From Dehalococcoidia bacterium (GTDB lineage Bacteria > Chloroflexota > Dehalococcoidia > GIF9 > UBA5629), in assembly GCA_050011565.1 (NCBI GenBank), contig JBEKIW010000003.1:192001-256000 (forward strand): a stretch of DNA of 64,000 nt, given 5' to 3'. Under the pieces are notes generated by a model. That model was given only the letters and a program-made list of their open reading frames with translations, searched no databases and was not told where the DNA came from. Position numbers and translations under genes: made by a program. Each line of letters starts with the position of its first letter. Position 1 is the first letter of the stretch. Below, piece after piece: positions 19,437-27,192 of the stretch.

Positions 19437-21244
19437 TATGCTGGGAACTTGTATTTGTAGACAATCGTGTCTCCTGCCTGGGGGTAGACGATATAGCCGT
19501 CCAGGCCGAAGAAGTAGATTACATCTGGCACCAGGTTAAGAAGCCTTTTGAGCACGCCGGCTGCCGACTCGCCGGCACCGACTTCGAGCCTGGGGTACAA
19601 ACTGGTAATCAAGCTACTCCGGGACTTATAATCCAGCGTGCCCCCTATCGCCTGTACTACCTTTTCCATTAACTGGTAGCAGGTTAAATCATCGGAGCTA
19701 ATATTCCACTCCGCGGGCTTGTTGAACTGGTAACAAGAAAGCAACCCCCAGGCGTCCACACAGTGAATGATAAAGCTGGCAACATTGGGGTCTCTTTTGT
19801 ACTCCATAGCCTCTACGAAATACCTGGCTGCCTCTGAGAGCTGGTCACCTGAGGTAGTCTTATAACCGACAAAAAGATTAACCCGGGCGCCGCGCTTCAT
19901 AACGGCCAATGAACCTGAGCCCGGGCTGTTATAAGTGCCCCTGGAATTATCCAGCTCCACCACCAGCTCAGAGGGCTGGCTAGGATCTACCGCCTCAATT
20001 ATCCTGGCTATTTTGGAGACCGGGATGGTAATTTTGTCGCCGGCGCCACTTCCTGGGGTGGGGGGACTCCAGGCGCCAGGGCAAAGGGCGCGCCAGACCT
20101 CGGTCGGCTGCGTTGCCCAGATGTATTCTCCGTTGGGGTCGGCGGCTAAAGCCATGCCTCGAGAAGCTAAAGTATCAACGAAGCTGGCTTTATTCCAGTT
20201 GTAGTCGTAGAAATCCGTGCCCGGCTTAAGCCTGAATATCCAGGGCTGATTTTGGCGGGCTAGAGATAATAGGGGGCGTGAGCAAGATGTAGCCGGCTTT
20301 AACAGGTAGGGACCTGAGACATCCAGCGTCTCACCGGCCAGGGCTTCAACTACCGCCTGATGCCTCTCCCAGTACGTGGAAGCAGTCCGTGGCTCCCAGG
20401 GACCGAAGGGCTGCAACCTGCGAAAGCCTACAGGCCAGCCGACCTCGAACTGCCTTAACCTCACCTGGGCGGCAACATCTACCCTGGCCCTGCCTAAACC
20501 TATTTTGGCATCCGTGGCCCAGGTGCCGGCTGAAACCTTATAGCCGTCTCCGTAAACCATGCGGACCACAGAAATATAGCTGCCTTCCTGGACCAGGGCG
20601 ATGATGTTCCAGTCGCCATCATAGTACATGGCTAAATCTTCAATCTCCCGGTCTCCCGAGCGCTGGCCGAGGCCGGTGCTCCAGCTCCCCCCTGTCCTCT
20701 TTTGAATATACAGACTGGTGGGGTCATTGATATCAGAAGCGTGGACGATAGCACAATCGCCATTGGGCTTGTAGGCTATGGCGGCACCTCTTTCGCAGGG
20801 GCGGGCATTCATCATAGCCGTCCAGCTCCCCCAGGTGGCACCGTAGTCCGATGACTGCCGGCGATAGAGATTAGCGGCATCCATGGAGGCCACCATGACC
20901 TCTGCGCCTTGAGAGGCAATGGCGACCCTGGCATAGGCAGGGACACCGCCGAAGGAGCTACCCCACTGGGAAAAACCTGAGCTCGGGCCCGGGCTGGTGA
21001 CACGGGAGAGAAAGAGACTGGTGCCATCTTTGCGGACCCGAATCAATGAGCCGTCACCGGGAATGGTCAAACCGTGGGAATCATTGACCTCACCTCCCTG
21101 ATAAAAGCGCTGCCAGCCCAAGGCTTCCCACTGAAGGCTCGAGGACTGCTGGGGATGGCCGTAAGCCTGCACCTCGAGCTTGACCAGCGGCTTCCTGGTG
21201 GGCTTCCTCTGTTCTTCGAGCAGCGCGTCAGTTATGCTTCGCAT
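19436..21244 (-). CDS. Phage-like tail/baseplate-hub-type protein with beta-propeller/Asp-box region (true start MRSITDALL)
   Basis: ATG at 21244 with AAGGA RBS; SSDYGATW Asp-box; the 941-aa ORF call adds a spurious extension across the IS. Confidence 0.65.
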   Translation of the reverse strand: MRSITDALLEEQRKPTRKPLVKLEVQAYGHPQQSSSLQWEALGWQRFYQGGEVNDSHGLTIPGDGSLIRVRKDGTSLFLSRVTSPGPSSGFSQWGSSFGGVPAYARVAIASQGAEVMVASMDAANLYRRQSSDYGATWGSWTAMMNARPCERGAAIAYKPNGDCAIVHASDINDPTSLYIQKRTGGSWSTGLGQRSGDREIEDLAMYYDGDWNIIALVQEGSYISVVRMVYGDGYKVSAGTWATDAKIGLGRARVDVAAQVRLRQFEVGWPVGFRRLQPFGPWEPRTASTYWERHQAVVEALAGETLDVSGPYLLKPATSCSRPLLSLARQNQPWIFRLKPGTDFYDYNWNKASFVDTLASRGMALAADPNGEYIWATQPTEVWRALCPGAWSPPTPGSGAGDKITIPVSKIARIIEAVDPSQPSELVVELDNSRGTYNSPGSGSLAVMKRGARVNLFVGYKTTSGDQLSEAARYFVEAMEYKRDPNVASFIIHCVDAWGLLSCYQFNKPAEWNISSDDLTCYQLMEKVVQAIGGTLDYKSRSSLITSLYPRLEVGAGESAAGVLKRLLNLVPDVIYFFGLDGYIVYPQAGDTIVYKYKFPA

Positions 21245-21364
21245 GATAAAATCCTTAGGGTAGATTGGAGCAGACGCTCCGGGGTACCCCTTTATTAAAG
21301 GTAAGTATCCCTTGACAATATAAGCTCCTTGTGTTATGATGGTATTATAACAAGGAGAAAAGAA

Positions 21365-22321
21365 ATGACAGCCGTAAATAGAACTAACCCAATAAAGGCA
21401 AAATCTTCTGACTCTCAATATACACTCGTAGAGTTTATGGAGACATTCCCAACCGATGCCGCTTGTCTCGAATGGCTTTGGAAACGACGCTTTTCGAAAG
21501 ATGGCGAACATGCCCATTGCCCGAAGTGCAATAAGGTACGCTCTTTTAAGCGGTATCAATCGCATCAACTGAAAGTCTCTTGGACTTGCGTCGCTTGTGG
21601 TTATCATATTCACCCGTTGGCTAGAACTATCTTCGAGAAGTCCTCTACTTCCCTGCGATTGTGGTTCTATGCCATGTACCTGATGGTGAGCACTAAATGC
21701 GGTATTTCCGCCAAACAACTGGAGCGAGAACTTGGGGTTACATACAAAACAGCTTGGCGTATGGCCTATTTGATAAGGAAATACCTTATGGAACAAACAG
21801 GCGAATTGCTTGGCAGGAATGAGGGTGTTGAACTGGACGAGACATTTATTGGCGGGAAAGCCCATAATATGCACAAGGCCAAACGTGCCCGTCTTGGCGG
21901 ACGTGGAACTGCCGGTAAGGTTCCTGTATTTGGTGCAGTCGAACGGCATGGTAGAGTTGTGGCAGTCACTGTCCCTAACGTAGATAGAGTTACACTCCTG
22001 CCACAAGTCATAAGGCATGTTATTCCAGCGTCCACCGTTTATACCGACGAAATGGGTGCTTATGACCCGCTGACCGAGAATGGATATAACCATAAAAAAA
22101 TCAACCACATGGAAAAAGTCTATGTGAGCGGGGATGTCCATACAAACACAATTGAGGGCTTCTGGTCGCTCGTAAAGCGAGGCATTGGGGGTGTCTATCA
22201 CGCAGTGTCCGCTAAACATCTTCAAGGCTACCTGAATGAATATGCTTGGCGGTATAATCACCGCGACGATGAGAGGGCGCAGTTTGAGACGTTACTTCTT
22301 CGGGCGGCGGCTGGGAGCTAG
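21365..22321 (+). CDS. IS1595 family transposase
   Basis: Zn ribbon CPKC...CVAC, GISAKQLERELGVTYKTAW HTH, VELDET, VYTDE, HTNTIEGFWSLVKRG. Confidence 0.96.
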   Translation: MTAVNRTNPIKAKSSDSQYTLVEFMETFPTDAACLEWLWKRRFSKDGEHAHCPKCNKVRSFKRYQSHQLKVSWTCVACGYHIHPLARTIFEKSSTSLRLWFYAMYLMVSTKCGISAKQLERELGVTYKTAWRMAYLIRKYLMEQTGELLGRNEGVELDETFIGGKAHNMHKAKRARLGGRGTAGKVPVFGAVERHGRVVAVTVPNVDRVTLLPQVIRHVIPASTVYTDEMGAYDPLTENGYNHKKINHMEKVYVSGDVHTNTIEGFWSLVKRGIGGVYHAVSAKHLQGYLNEYAWRYNHRDDERAQFETLLLRAAAGS

Positions 22322-22435
22322 TGGTTTGATTGGCTTTGCCGCCTTTTCGAGTACGTCTAACACGTCCTTGCGTTTCGGGATTGGTATCTCGAAATCTTTC
22401 GGGGTTTTTTGTGTCTTCATTTTCTTGCCTTCCAT
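22292..22435 (-). CDS. Small basic protein inside IS1595 (KTPKDFEIPIPKRKD)
   Basis: 47-aa ORF convergent with and overlapping the transposase end; extended -10 (TGcTATACT) just upstream; alternative start at 22420. Confidence 0.5.
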   Translation of the reverse strand: MEGKKMKTQKTPKDFEIPIPKRKDVLDVLEKAAKPIKPLAPSRRPKK

Positions 22436-22454
22436 AGTTAGAGTATAGCATATC

Positions 22455-23318
22455 ATGAACGACTGGTGGCTCAAGTTCCAACGGGCTGAGAAGCACATGG
22501 TAGACATCAATCAAGAAGCCATGAGGTACGCAAGCAGCAATCCTTACAGTTTTACTCGTATTCGGTTGCCTAACAGCAAGAATGAAATCAGGGGACGCTT
22601 CCATATCACTGAGCAACCTAATCCCATGATTGCTGTTATGCTCGGTGATTTCATACATAACTTGCGAAGTGCACTTGATTACATCGTTGTTGCCTGTGTT
22701 CCCAAACAACATCGGAAGCACGCGAGTTTCCCAATCCTGTATCAAGACATCTTCGCCAAGGGTAAGGACGGACAATTCGTGGTCAATGATGCCCAATTGC
22801 GGGATAACTTTGAGACCGCCACCAAAGGGCTTCATCCGAGAGCTAAAGCATTCATCATATCTCTGCAACCTTATCAAGCGGTGATTCTTGGGCTTCCGCC
22901 AGATAATTCTCTCGGAGTTCTCAACCGCCTCGAAAACGCAGACAAGCACCGTCAACTTATTACCGTTGGTTGTGGCGGGCAAGAAGGTATTCTTAGTTTT
23001 ACTGTACGTGGTTTCACTGAATCTATTACATATCACCAAAGGTTGGGCGTCGGTACTCAATTTCTCAAAGATGATACAGTAATCCCGTTCGTTCTTCATC
23101 CTGATTTCAATAGAATTCGCCATCCCGATGGGTCGTTTGTCCAGCCATCCGATATGGAGATGCATCTCAGCACTACCGCTAAGATATTGGTCAAGGTACC
23201 CAGGATAGGAGGGAATCAGTCTGCCTATAACATGTTGATTGATGACATCATATCTACCTCCCTCTTTGACGTGAACGGCATTCTCAAGCGATTGGAATTC
23301 TTTGTTTGCAATACCTAA
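22455..23318 (+). CDS. IS passenger protein, putative HEPN-like domain
   Basis: LKFQRAEKH...GDFIHNLRSALDY...LNRLENADKHR pattern; lies entirely between the TIRs. Confidence 0.6.
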   Translation: MNDWWLKFQRAEKHMVDINQEAMRYASSNPYSFTRIRLPNSKNEIRGRFHITEQPNPMIAVMLGDFIHNLRSALDYIVVACVPKQHRKHASFPILYQDIFAKGKDGQFVVNDAQLRDNFETATKGLHPRAKAFIISLQPYQAVILGLPPDNSLGVLNRLENADKHRQLITVGCGGQEGILSFTVRGFTESITYHQRLGVGTQFLKDDTVIPFVLHPDFNRIRHPDGSFVQPSDMEMHLSTTAKILVKVPRIGGNQSAYNMLIDDIISTSLFDVNGILKRLEFFVCNT

Positions 23319-23370
23319 TCGTTTATTCAATTTTCCCCCTTTATATCGAGATGGGATAGGTACCTTTATT

Positions 23371-23438
23371 AAATGTAGCCTCGACCTTTCAAGGTCGAGG
23401 TCGCGGGGTTAAAACCCCGCGGCTGCATGCTTAACAAA
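23371..23438. repeat. GTAG-type REP-like double hairpin, copy 1
   Basis: 60/68 identical to 32889-32956, with compensatory stem changes. Confidence 0.85.
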
Positions 23439-23570
23439 CTCTCCGCTATTCGCAGGCTGGACGTCGCATAAGAAATTTTTCTAAATTTTTTCAAAATAGT
23501 ACTATTTTCCCCTTGAAATTGGCCTGGCTTACTGTTATTATTCGTATACTCCTTGTGGGGGAGGAGTAAG

Positions 23571-23696
23571 ATGCTTAATAGAAATCTGATAATGGGCCTC
23601 ATTACCCTCGGAGTCTTGCTGGTGATATTGGTATATATAGCCATTACGCCATCCCCCTTTGGTAATTTACCTTCGATCATAATCCCGCAAGGCTAA
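23571..23696 (+). CDS. Small single-TM protein (41 aa, MLNRNLIMGLITLGVLLVILVYIAITPSPFGNLPSIIIPQG)
   Basis: GGAGGAG RBS, TTGAAA-17-TATTAT promoter, hydrophobic helix; below the ORF-track cutoff. Confidence 0.6.
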   Translation: MLNRNLIMGLITLGVLLVILVYIAITPSPFGNLPSIIIPQG

Positions 23697-23789
23697 AGCC
23701 CCATCTACACACCTGCTGCGGGAGCACTTGCTCCCGGCTATCCCCATCAGTCTCTATTAATTTCAATCGGTCTCCATCAATCTCTAACA

Positions 23790-24512
23790 TCAATTGAAAC
23801 TATTCGATAGCAGCTGCCCTGCCAGAGTTCCCACTCCATACAGCGTCCTGTTGAACGGCGCCAGCCTGGACTGCCAGTCGATTTTGGAACCGGCCAGCTC
23901 AGACAGGCTGTTGGCAGCCCTGACGGTAGTGTTGAAGTCCCGGTTAAAGACATAGTACTCGGGACTGCGGCCGCACTCTCCTTTCTTTTTCTCGGTCTGC
24001 TCCTTAATCCAGTCCTTGGCATCTACCGCCAGGTCGACCAGGTAATTCCAGTAGTCCACGGCCTGTGAGATGTGCTGGCAATCCGTCACCGAGCCTTTAT
24101 CCCGCGCCTTATAGAATATGGTGCACGGGTTCACCTCGGTATAGGTCTCCTTGACGGTAGCCATAACGCTCTCGTGGAACGCCTTGGGGTCAAAGGCGTG
24201 AATTCCAAGAGTTACTTGAGTTCCTTGAGTTTCTGGTGTTCCTTGAGTTTCTTGAGCTAAAGGGGCCGGCGCGCCGTTAGAAACAGTAGCCACCTGTGCC
24301 TCGGCGGTTTTGGTTTTCTCCTTCTCGGCGTCAATTTTGCCCTGAGTCAGTATATAGAAGACTCCGGCTGCGGCTGCTGCCAGGGATGGGACCATGTCCA
24401 TAAAGGTCTTCTGCGCCTCCGGCTCCTGGACGAAAAGCGGTATGATTGTGGCCAGCATAGTAATAATGAAGGCGCTGTACTTCTTTTTGCCATCTAAAAA
24501 CTTTTGTATCAT
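23790..24512 (-). CDS. Holin-like two-TM N-terminus fused to a soluble helical domain
   Basis: FLDGKKKYSAFII...YILTQGKID holin-like pattern; AGGAGG RBS; ETQGT repeat linker. Confidence 0.6.
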   Translation of the reverse strand: MIQKFLDGKKKYSAFIITMLATIIPLFVQEPEAQKTFMDMVPSLAAAAAGVFYILTQGKIDAEKEKTKTAEAQVATVSNGAPAPLAQETQGTPETQGTQVTLGIHAFDPKAFHESVMATVKETYTEVNPCTIFYKARDKGSVTDCQHISQAVDYWNYLVDLAVDAKDWIKEQTEKKKGECGRSPEYYVFNRDFNTTVRAANSLSELAGSKIDWQSRLAPFNRTLYGVGTLAGQLLSNSFN

Positions 24513-24743
24513 TAATAATGTACCTCCTTTTATTTGGTTGCTGGGGGATGGGCATGAGCTCTGCTCATCCCTTTTTGTTTGGTTGTTGCGGGTGGGGTAT
24601 GAGCTTTAGCTCATCCCTTCATTTATTTATTATGATTACAGGATATTCCCTGTGGGTAGATTGGAGCATCCGCTCCAGGCATACCCTTTTTATTAAATGT
24701 CGCCTTTGTCTGCCGTTATATGTAGCCTTTGTCTGCCGTTATA

Positions 24744-24775
24744 TGTAGCCTCGACCTTAAAAGGTCGAGGCTACA
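24744..24775. repeat. REP-like hairpin, copy 2, preceded by a 23-bp tandem duplication (24698-24743)
   Basis: tgtagcctcgacctt-aa-aaggtcgaggctaca perfect stem. Confidence 0.85.
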
Positions 24776-25046
24776 CATGGTGCCTACTTTTCGTGTTCCG
24801 TAAGGCTCGCTGTACCGTCCTCCGGCTGACTCCGAAAAGCCCGGCTATTTCCTTGACGCTTTTACCCATCCGCCTCAAGTCCTCCATTCGCCTCTTCCGC
24901 GCCGCCATCCTCAACCGCTGCTGACCCCGGGGTTCGTCCTCAACACATTTGGGCAGCGGACAATTCAAACACGACGGAAAGAACTCGCAGCCCTGGTCCC
25001 GCCACTCAACCTCATCAGGCAATAAATCAAGTTCGCCGCCAATCAT
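24771..25046 (-). CDS. Small Cys4 plus helix-turn-helix protein (putative regulator of the phage-like module)
   Basis: C-x5-C-x2-C-x4-C followed by GKSVKEIAGLFGVSRRTVQR. Confidence 0.8.
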   Translation of the reverse strand: MIGGELDLLPDEVEWRDQGCEFFPSCLNCPLPKCVEDEPRGQQRLRMAARKRRMEDLRRMGKSVKEIAGLFGVSRRTVQRALRNTKSRHHV

Positions 25047-25055
25047 GATGACCCT

Positions 25056-25098
25056 ATACTAGCACTAATGTTCTATTTTCTCAAGATAATTTTGTCGC
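25056..25098 (-). promoter_or_regulatory. Sigma70-type promoter with overlapping LexA-like box (TAGAACATTAGTGCTA)
   Basis: Minus strand TTGAGA-17-TAGTAT with extended TG; GAAC-N4-GTGC in the spacer; near-identical copy at 47520-47562. Confidence 0.7.
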
Positions 25099-25210
25099 TT
25101 TTTCACCCTCACCACGACCCTCTCCCATCAAGGGATAGGGAGATTACAAACAGTTCAGGCGTGGCTTCGGACTTGACAAGGCTCAGGCGAGGGGGTATAA
25201 GATTTATACC

Positions 25211-26560
25211 GTGAAATTTCTGGGTTATGCCGGTCTGATTCTTCTACTGACGTTATCCCTGGTGCCTGGCGCCGTCAAAGCCGACGGCTGAGCCGGGGGT
25301 TCCTGTGCCTCCACAGTTAGTGGAGCAGAAGGCAACACGGGTAAGGTCGGCTCTACGGCAACTATAAGCATAAATGGCGGCGGGTTCGATTTAAACGGGC
25401 CTTACAAAGTCAGGTGGAGCAAAGTCCCTATCGGGGATAACAGCGTTGAATGTACTGATGAGGTTTTACCCTCGTGTTACACCGTAGTAGGTAAGGGTGA
25501 GTTTCCTATCGACACGAAAAATGCAACGGTCTCTTTTACCATACCTGAAGCCACTTACGGTCCCAACTTCGTCCAGTTCCTGAGAGACTATCGCCCCGGA
25601 AACCCTTACGGCTTCTCCTTTTCCGTAGTGCCAGACCTCACCGTGACCTCATCGACATGCACGCCCCACTCTACCGTCACCATCAAGGGCACCGGCTTCC
25701 CGGCCAAGAGTCAAGACATCAAGGTCAGCTTCGATGGCAAAGATACCGGTCTGAGCATCCTTACCAGCGAACTGGGCAGCTTTACCGGCGATTTCACCAT
25801 ACCCGAGACCATGGCCGGCAGCCACCAGTTCAAAGCTACCGATGAGAACCTGTTCCTGGGAGATCTTACGGCTAACCTTCAGGTCGGCCCGACCATCAGC
25901 CTTCAACCGGAGCATCCCGAGATCGGCTCCGAGGTCACCTTGACCGGCTGTGGGTTCTCCGCCAGGAGCACGGTAGCTATTAAGTACGATGATATCGCCG
26001 TATCGAACTCTCCGGTTACTGACGACAACGGCAACTTCACCGAGAAATTCACCGTACCGGAAAGCTCCACGGGCAATCACGTCATCACCGCTACCGATAG
26101 GGCGGGCAATGTCGCCACCTACGGGCTGCCCCTGAAAGGCGGCCTGGAAGGCACAGCGCCGTCGGTACCGACTCCCACCTCACCGGTAGATGAAAGGTAC
26201 GGCTGGTTCGGCTCCCAGCCTGTCATCTTCACCTGGACTGATTGCACCGACCCCAGCGGCATCACCTATACCCTGGAGGTAGATAACAGCCTTCGCTTCT
26301 TTCCGCTGGAACCGGGCATGAGAAAGACAGGACTGACCAAGCCCAACTGCGTCATGAATCTCGAGCCTGGCACCTATTACTGGCGGGTCAAAGCCGTCGA
26401 CGGTGCCGGCAACGAAAGCGAATGGTCGCTCTCTCCATACCCCTTCCAGGTGGGATTTTTCTCCGGCCTGTATCTGGCCGGCGGCGCCGTCATCTTCCTT
26501 ATCATCTTCATCTTCATCATCCGTGCCTTCTTCCGTCGCGTCCGTGAATACTACAAGTAA
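25211..26560 (+). CDS. Secreted IPT/TIG plus Fn3-like surface protein with in-frame TGA at codon 27 (putative selenocysteine; otherwise a pseudogene)
   Basis: GTG at 25211 begins a signal peptide (..VPGAVKA) in frame with the 25628 ORF; single TGA at 25289-25291; C-terminal TM plus basic tail; TTGACA-17-TATAAG promoter. Confidence 0.75.
25292..25333 (+). promoter_or_regulatory. Candidate bacterial SECIS hairpin
   Basis: CTCCAC-AGTTA-GTGGAG upper stem; apical loop begins after 23 nt following the UGA, with G at loop position 2. Confidence 0.5.
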
Positions 26561-26574
26561 ACACCTCCTAATCC

Positions 26575-26750
26575 TGAGCCACCACCAAATAGCAAATTCT
26601 AAATGCTAAATCTCAAACAATATCAAAATTCAAATTGGCCAAACCCGAAATTTTTCGAGTTTCGGTCATTAATATTTGGTGCTTTGGATTTGTTTGGGAT
26701 TCGGTGCTTGGAAATTATTTGAAATTTAGTGCTTTGGATTTGAAATTTTA
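26575..26750. repeat. Low-complexity AT-rich inverted repeat (caaat.ctaaat.../ttggatttg... heptamer type)
   Basis: A/C-rich arm followed by a complementary T/G-rich arm; half-copies near 32955-33015, 34570-34634 and 48915-48966. Confidence 0.55.
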
Positions 26751-27087
26751 CACTTGGGGGGTCTTGACAGCCGTGGTACAATAGTACTAAGGCAAGGGAT
26801 AACCCTTGTGCTTTGGACTATCTATATGGAAAGGAGGTGATGAGATTGGCAGGAGGCCGAAGCTGGCAGACACCGGCTGAAGCAAGCGAAGTAGTGTCCT
26901 GACTCCGGGACATAAAGCCAAACCCAGAAAAATTTGCTGGGTTATGTGTGGAGTAGCCCGTACAGGCGGGCTGTAAAAATACCTTCAAAAAGTTAATACT
27001 TTCCCCGAAAGGGGTCCCTAAAACCGGAGGCGGGGGTCGAATTTCCGCCGAAGGTCTCCGAAACAAATCCCGTACATGATTTTCTTT

Positions 27088-27145
27088 ATGTAGCCCTGAG
27101 GCTTCAGCCTCGGGTGCACCCGACCTTAAAAGGTCGGGGCTACAT
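27088..27145. repeat. REP-like double hairpin, inverted-orientation copy in the S-layer leader
   Basis: atgtagccc..gaggcttcagcctc..cgaccttaaaaggtcg..gggctacat. Confidence 0.8.
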
Positions 27146-27192
27146 TGGGAAAGAGAATAAGTTTTCGGAGTTTAGAAATATTAGGAGGTATA

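Larger units (their letters stand above)
21300..23364 (+). mobile_element. Complete IS1595-family element with passenger gene (2065 bp)
   Basis: Imperfect TIRs ggtaagtatccc / gggataggtacc; flanking direct repeat tttattaaa at 21291-21299 and 23365-23373. Confidence 0.9.

Noticed and set aside
21245-22261. N-terminal 339 aa of the 941-aa ORF (19436-22261, minus strand)
   Set aside because: It is the antisense shadow of the IS1595 transposase and crosses the TIR/TSD junction; the real start is the ATG at 21244 with an RBS.
22212-23330. 372-aa antisense ORF covering the IS1595 passenger gene
   Set aside because: Long, but has no recognisable motifs, while the plus-strand ORF has a coherent family pattern; treated as a shadow ORF, though not formally excluded.
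23369-23680. 103-aa minus-strand ORF
   Set aside because: Runs through a REP hairpin and lies antisense to a better-supported small ORF with promoter and RBS.
24540-24775. Short repeats resembling a mini CRISPR array
   Set aside because: Only two copies of each unit, no unique spacers of regular length and no cas genes; better explained as hairpin repeats and tandem slippage.
17594-25046. Intact integrated prophage
   Set aside because: No integrase, att repeats, repressor, replication, portal or capsid genes, and the block is contiguous with host genes.
26776-26787. GTAC-AATA-GTAC as a third LexA-like box before the S-layer gene
   Set aside because: Two mismatches to GAAC-N4-GTTC, lacks the flanks shared by the twin promoters, and is explained by an extended -10 (TGgTACAAT).
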